From contig JASTWF010000037.1 of the NCBI GenBank assembly GCA_030390025.1, positions 310,001 to 374,000 on the forward strand: a DNA stretch of 64,000 nucleotides. Reading direction: 5' to 3'. This DNA is from Squalus acanthias. Lineage: Eukaryota. Every line of letters begins with the position of its first letter. Position 1 is the stretch's first letter. Shown here one piece after another: positions 62,325 through 64,000 of this stretch. The notes beneath the pieces are model-generated. The model worked only from the letters and a program-made list of their open reading frames with translations, did no database searches and had not been told where the DNA came from. Made by a program: the position numbers and the translations under genes.

Positions 62325-62770
62325 TGAATCATGGAAATTTACGGCACAGAAGGAGGCCATTCGGCCTATCGTGTCCGTGCCGGCCGACAAAGAGCCATCC
62401 AGCCTAATCCCTCTTTCCAGCTCTTGGTCCGTAGCCCTGCAGGTTACGGCACTTCAAGTGCATATCCAAGCACTTTTTAAATGCGATGAGGGTTTCTGCC
62501 TCTACCACCCTTTCAGGCAGTGAGTTCCAGACCCCCACTGCCCTCTGGGTGAAAAAAGTTCCCCTCTAATCCATCTACCAATTACTTTAAATCTATGGCC
62601 CCTGGTTATTGACCTCTCTGCAAAGGGAAATAGGTCCATCCTATCCATTCTAGCTATTTTATACACCAATTAAATCTCCCCTCAGCTTCCCCTGTTCCAA
62701 AGAAAACAACCCCAGCCTATCCAATCTTCCCTTATAGCTAAAATTCTCCAGACCCGGCAATATCCTCGAA
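62325..62770 (-). mobile_element. CR1 3' fragment (diverged)
   Basis: CR1 tail and ORF2-end motifs. Confidence 0.75.
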
Positions 62771-62876
62771 TAGTGCCATGGGATCCACTGCTAAGCTTTC
62801 TACGCCCACAAGCAGACAAGGCCTCGGTTTAACGCCTCATCCGAAAGACAAAATCGTCAGCAATGCAGCACTCCCT

Positions 62877-63722
62877 AAGTACATAAGAACAGGAGCAGGA
62901 GTAGGCCAATCGGCCCCTCGAGCCTGCTCCGCCATTCAATAAGATCATGGCTGATCCAATCTTGGCCTCAACACCATTTTCCCGCTCTCTCCCCATAACC
63001 CTCGACTCCCGTGTAGTTCAAATGTCTGTCTATCTCCACCATGAATATATTCAGTGACTCCGCCTCCACAGCTCTCTGGGGTAGAGAATTCCAAAGATTC
63101 ACGACCCTCAGAGAGAAGAAATTCCTCCTCATCTCCGTCTTAAATGGGCGACCCTTTATTCTGAAACTATGCCCCCGAGTTCTAGATACCCCCACTAGGG
63201 GAAACATCCTCTCAGCATCTACCCTGTCAATCCCCCTCAGAATCTTACATGTTTCAATAAGATCCCCTCTCATTCTTCTAAACTCCAGTGAGTATAGGCC
63301 CAACCTGCTCAACCTTTCGACATACATCAACCCCTTCATCCCAGGAATCAACTTAGTGAACCTTCTCTGCACTGCCTCCAGTGCAAGTATATCCTTCCTT
63401 AAATATGGAGACCAAAACTGTACGCAGTACTTCAGGTGTGGTTTCACCAGCGCCCTGTAAAGTTGCATCAAAACTTCCCTACTTTTATACTCCATCCCCC
63501 TTGCAATAAAGGCCAACATTCCATTAGCCTTCCTAATTACTTGCTGTACCTGCACGCTAACTTTTTGTGTTTCATGTACGAGGACCCCCAGATCCCTGTG
63601 TACCGCAGCATTCTGTAGTCTCACTCCATTTAAATAATAATTTGCTTTTTCATTCTTCCTTCCAAAAGTGGATAACCTTACATTTTCCCACATTATACTC
63701 CATCTGCCAAATTTTTGCCCAC
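62877..63722 (-). mobile_element. CR1 LINE 3' fragment
   Basis: 241-aa ORF of CR1 ORF2 C-terminus. Confidence 0.92.
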
Positions 63723-64000
63723 TGCAAGTGTTGGCTGGTCAGAGGTTTTACAGAGAATTTTACAGCACAGAAACAGGCCATTCGGTCCAAGCCGGTGTTT
63801 CTGCTCCACACGAGCCTCCCCCCGCCCTACTTCATCTCACCCTGTCAACATCTCCTTTTATTCCTTTCTCCCCCACATACTTATCTAGCTTCCCCTTAAA
63901 TGCATCTAAGATATTCGCCTCAAGCACTCCCTGTGGTAGAAAAGATTCTCAAATGTAGCAACTTCTCCGATATTGCTGGTCTAATTTCCCTATGACAACC

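Noticed and set aside
51049..64000. Search for upstream AGFG exons (CxxC zinc finger; RGLNPPHRVKSIS)
   Set aside because: Not found by eye; presumed beyond the window end

Overview
Repeat-dense vertebrate genomic DNA, not prokaryotic. The repeat families (CR1/L2 LINEs, tRNA-derived SINEs, Penelope-like elements, a 67-bp minisatellite) suggest a cartilaginous fish; this is inference. The window is the body of one minus-strand gene of the AGFG (ArfGAP with FG repeats, HRB/RIP) family, most like AGFG2. I reconstructed 11 GT-AG coding exons from 51048 down to the stop at 134. They join in phase into 1485 nt (494 aa plus stop) with four NPF motifs. The exons encoding the ArfGAP zinc finger were not found and probably lie beyond position 64000. 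The introns hold many CR1, L2 and RTE fragments, SINEs, two hAT-type MITEs, a decayed Penelope-like element and four kinds of tandem repeat. Most notable: (i) eight short Penelope-terminal-repeat insertions, mostly hairpins with 10-14 bp target-site duplications, carrying minimal hammerhead ribozyme motifs; (ii) one such hairpin whose loop is a copy of nearby flanking DNA; (iii) two ~1.35 kb arrays of the same 67-bp unit in opposite orientation bracketing a single exon; (iv) a minisatellite that starts exactly at, and reiterates, a 5' splice site. Repeat boundaries are read by eye and approximate; exon and TSD coordinates were counted base by base.
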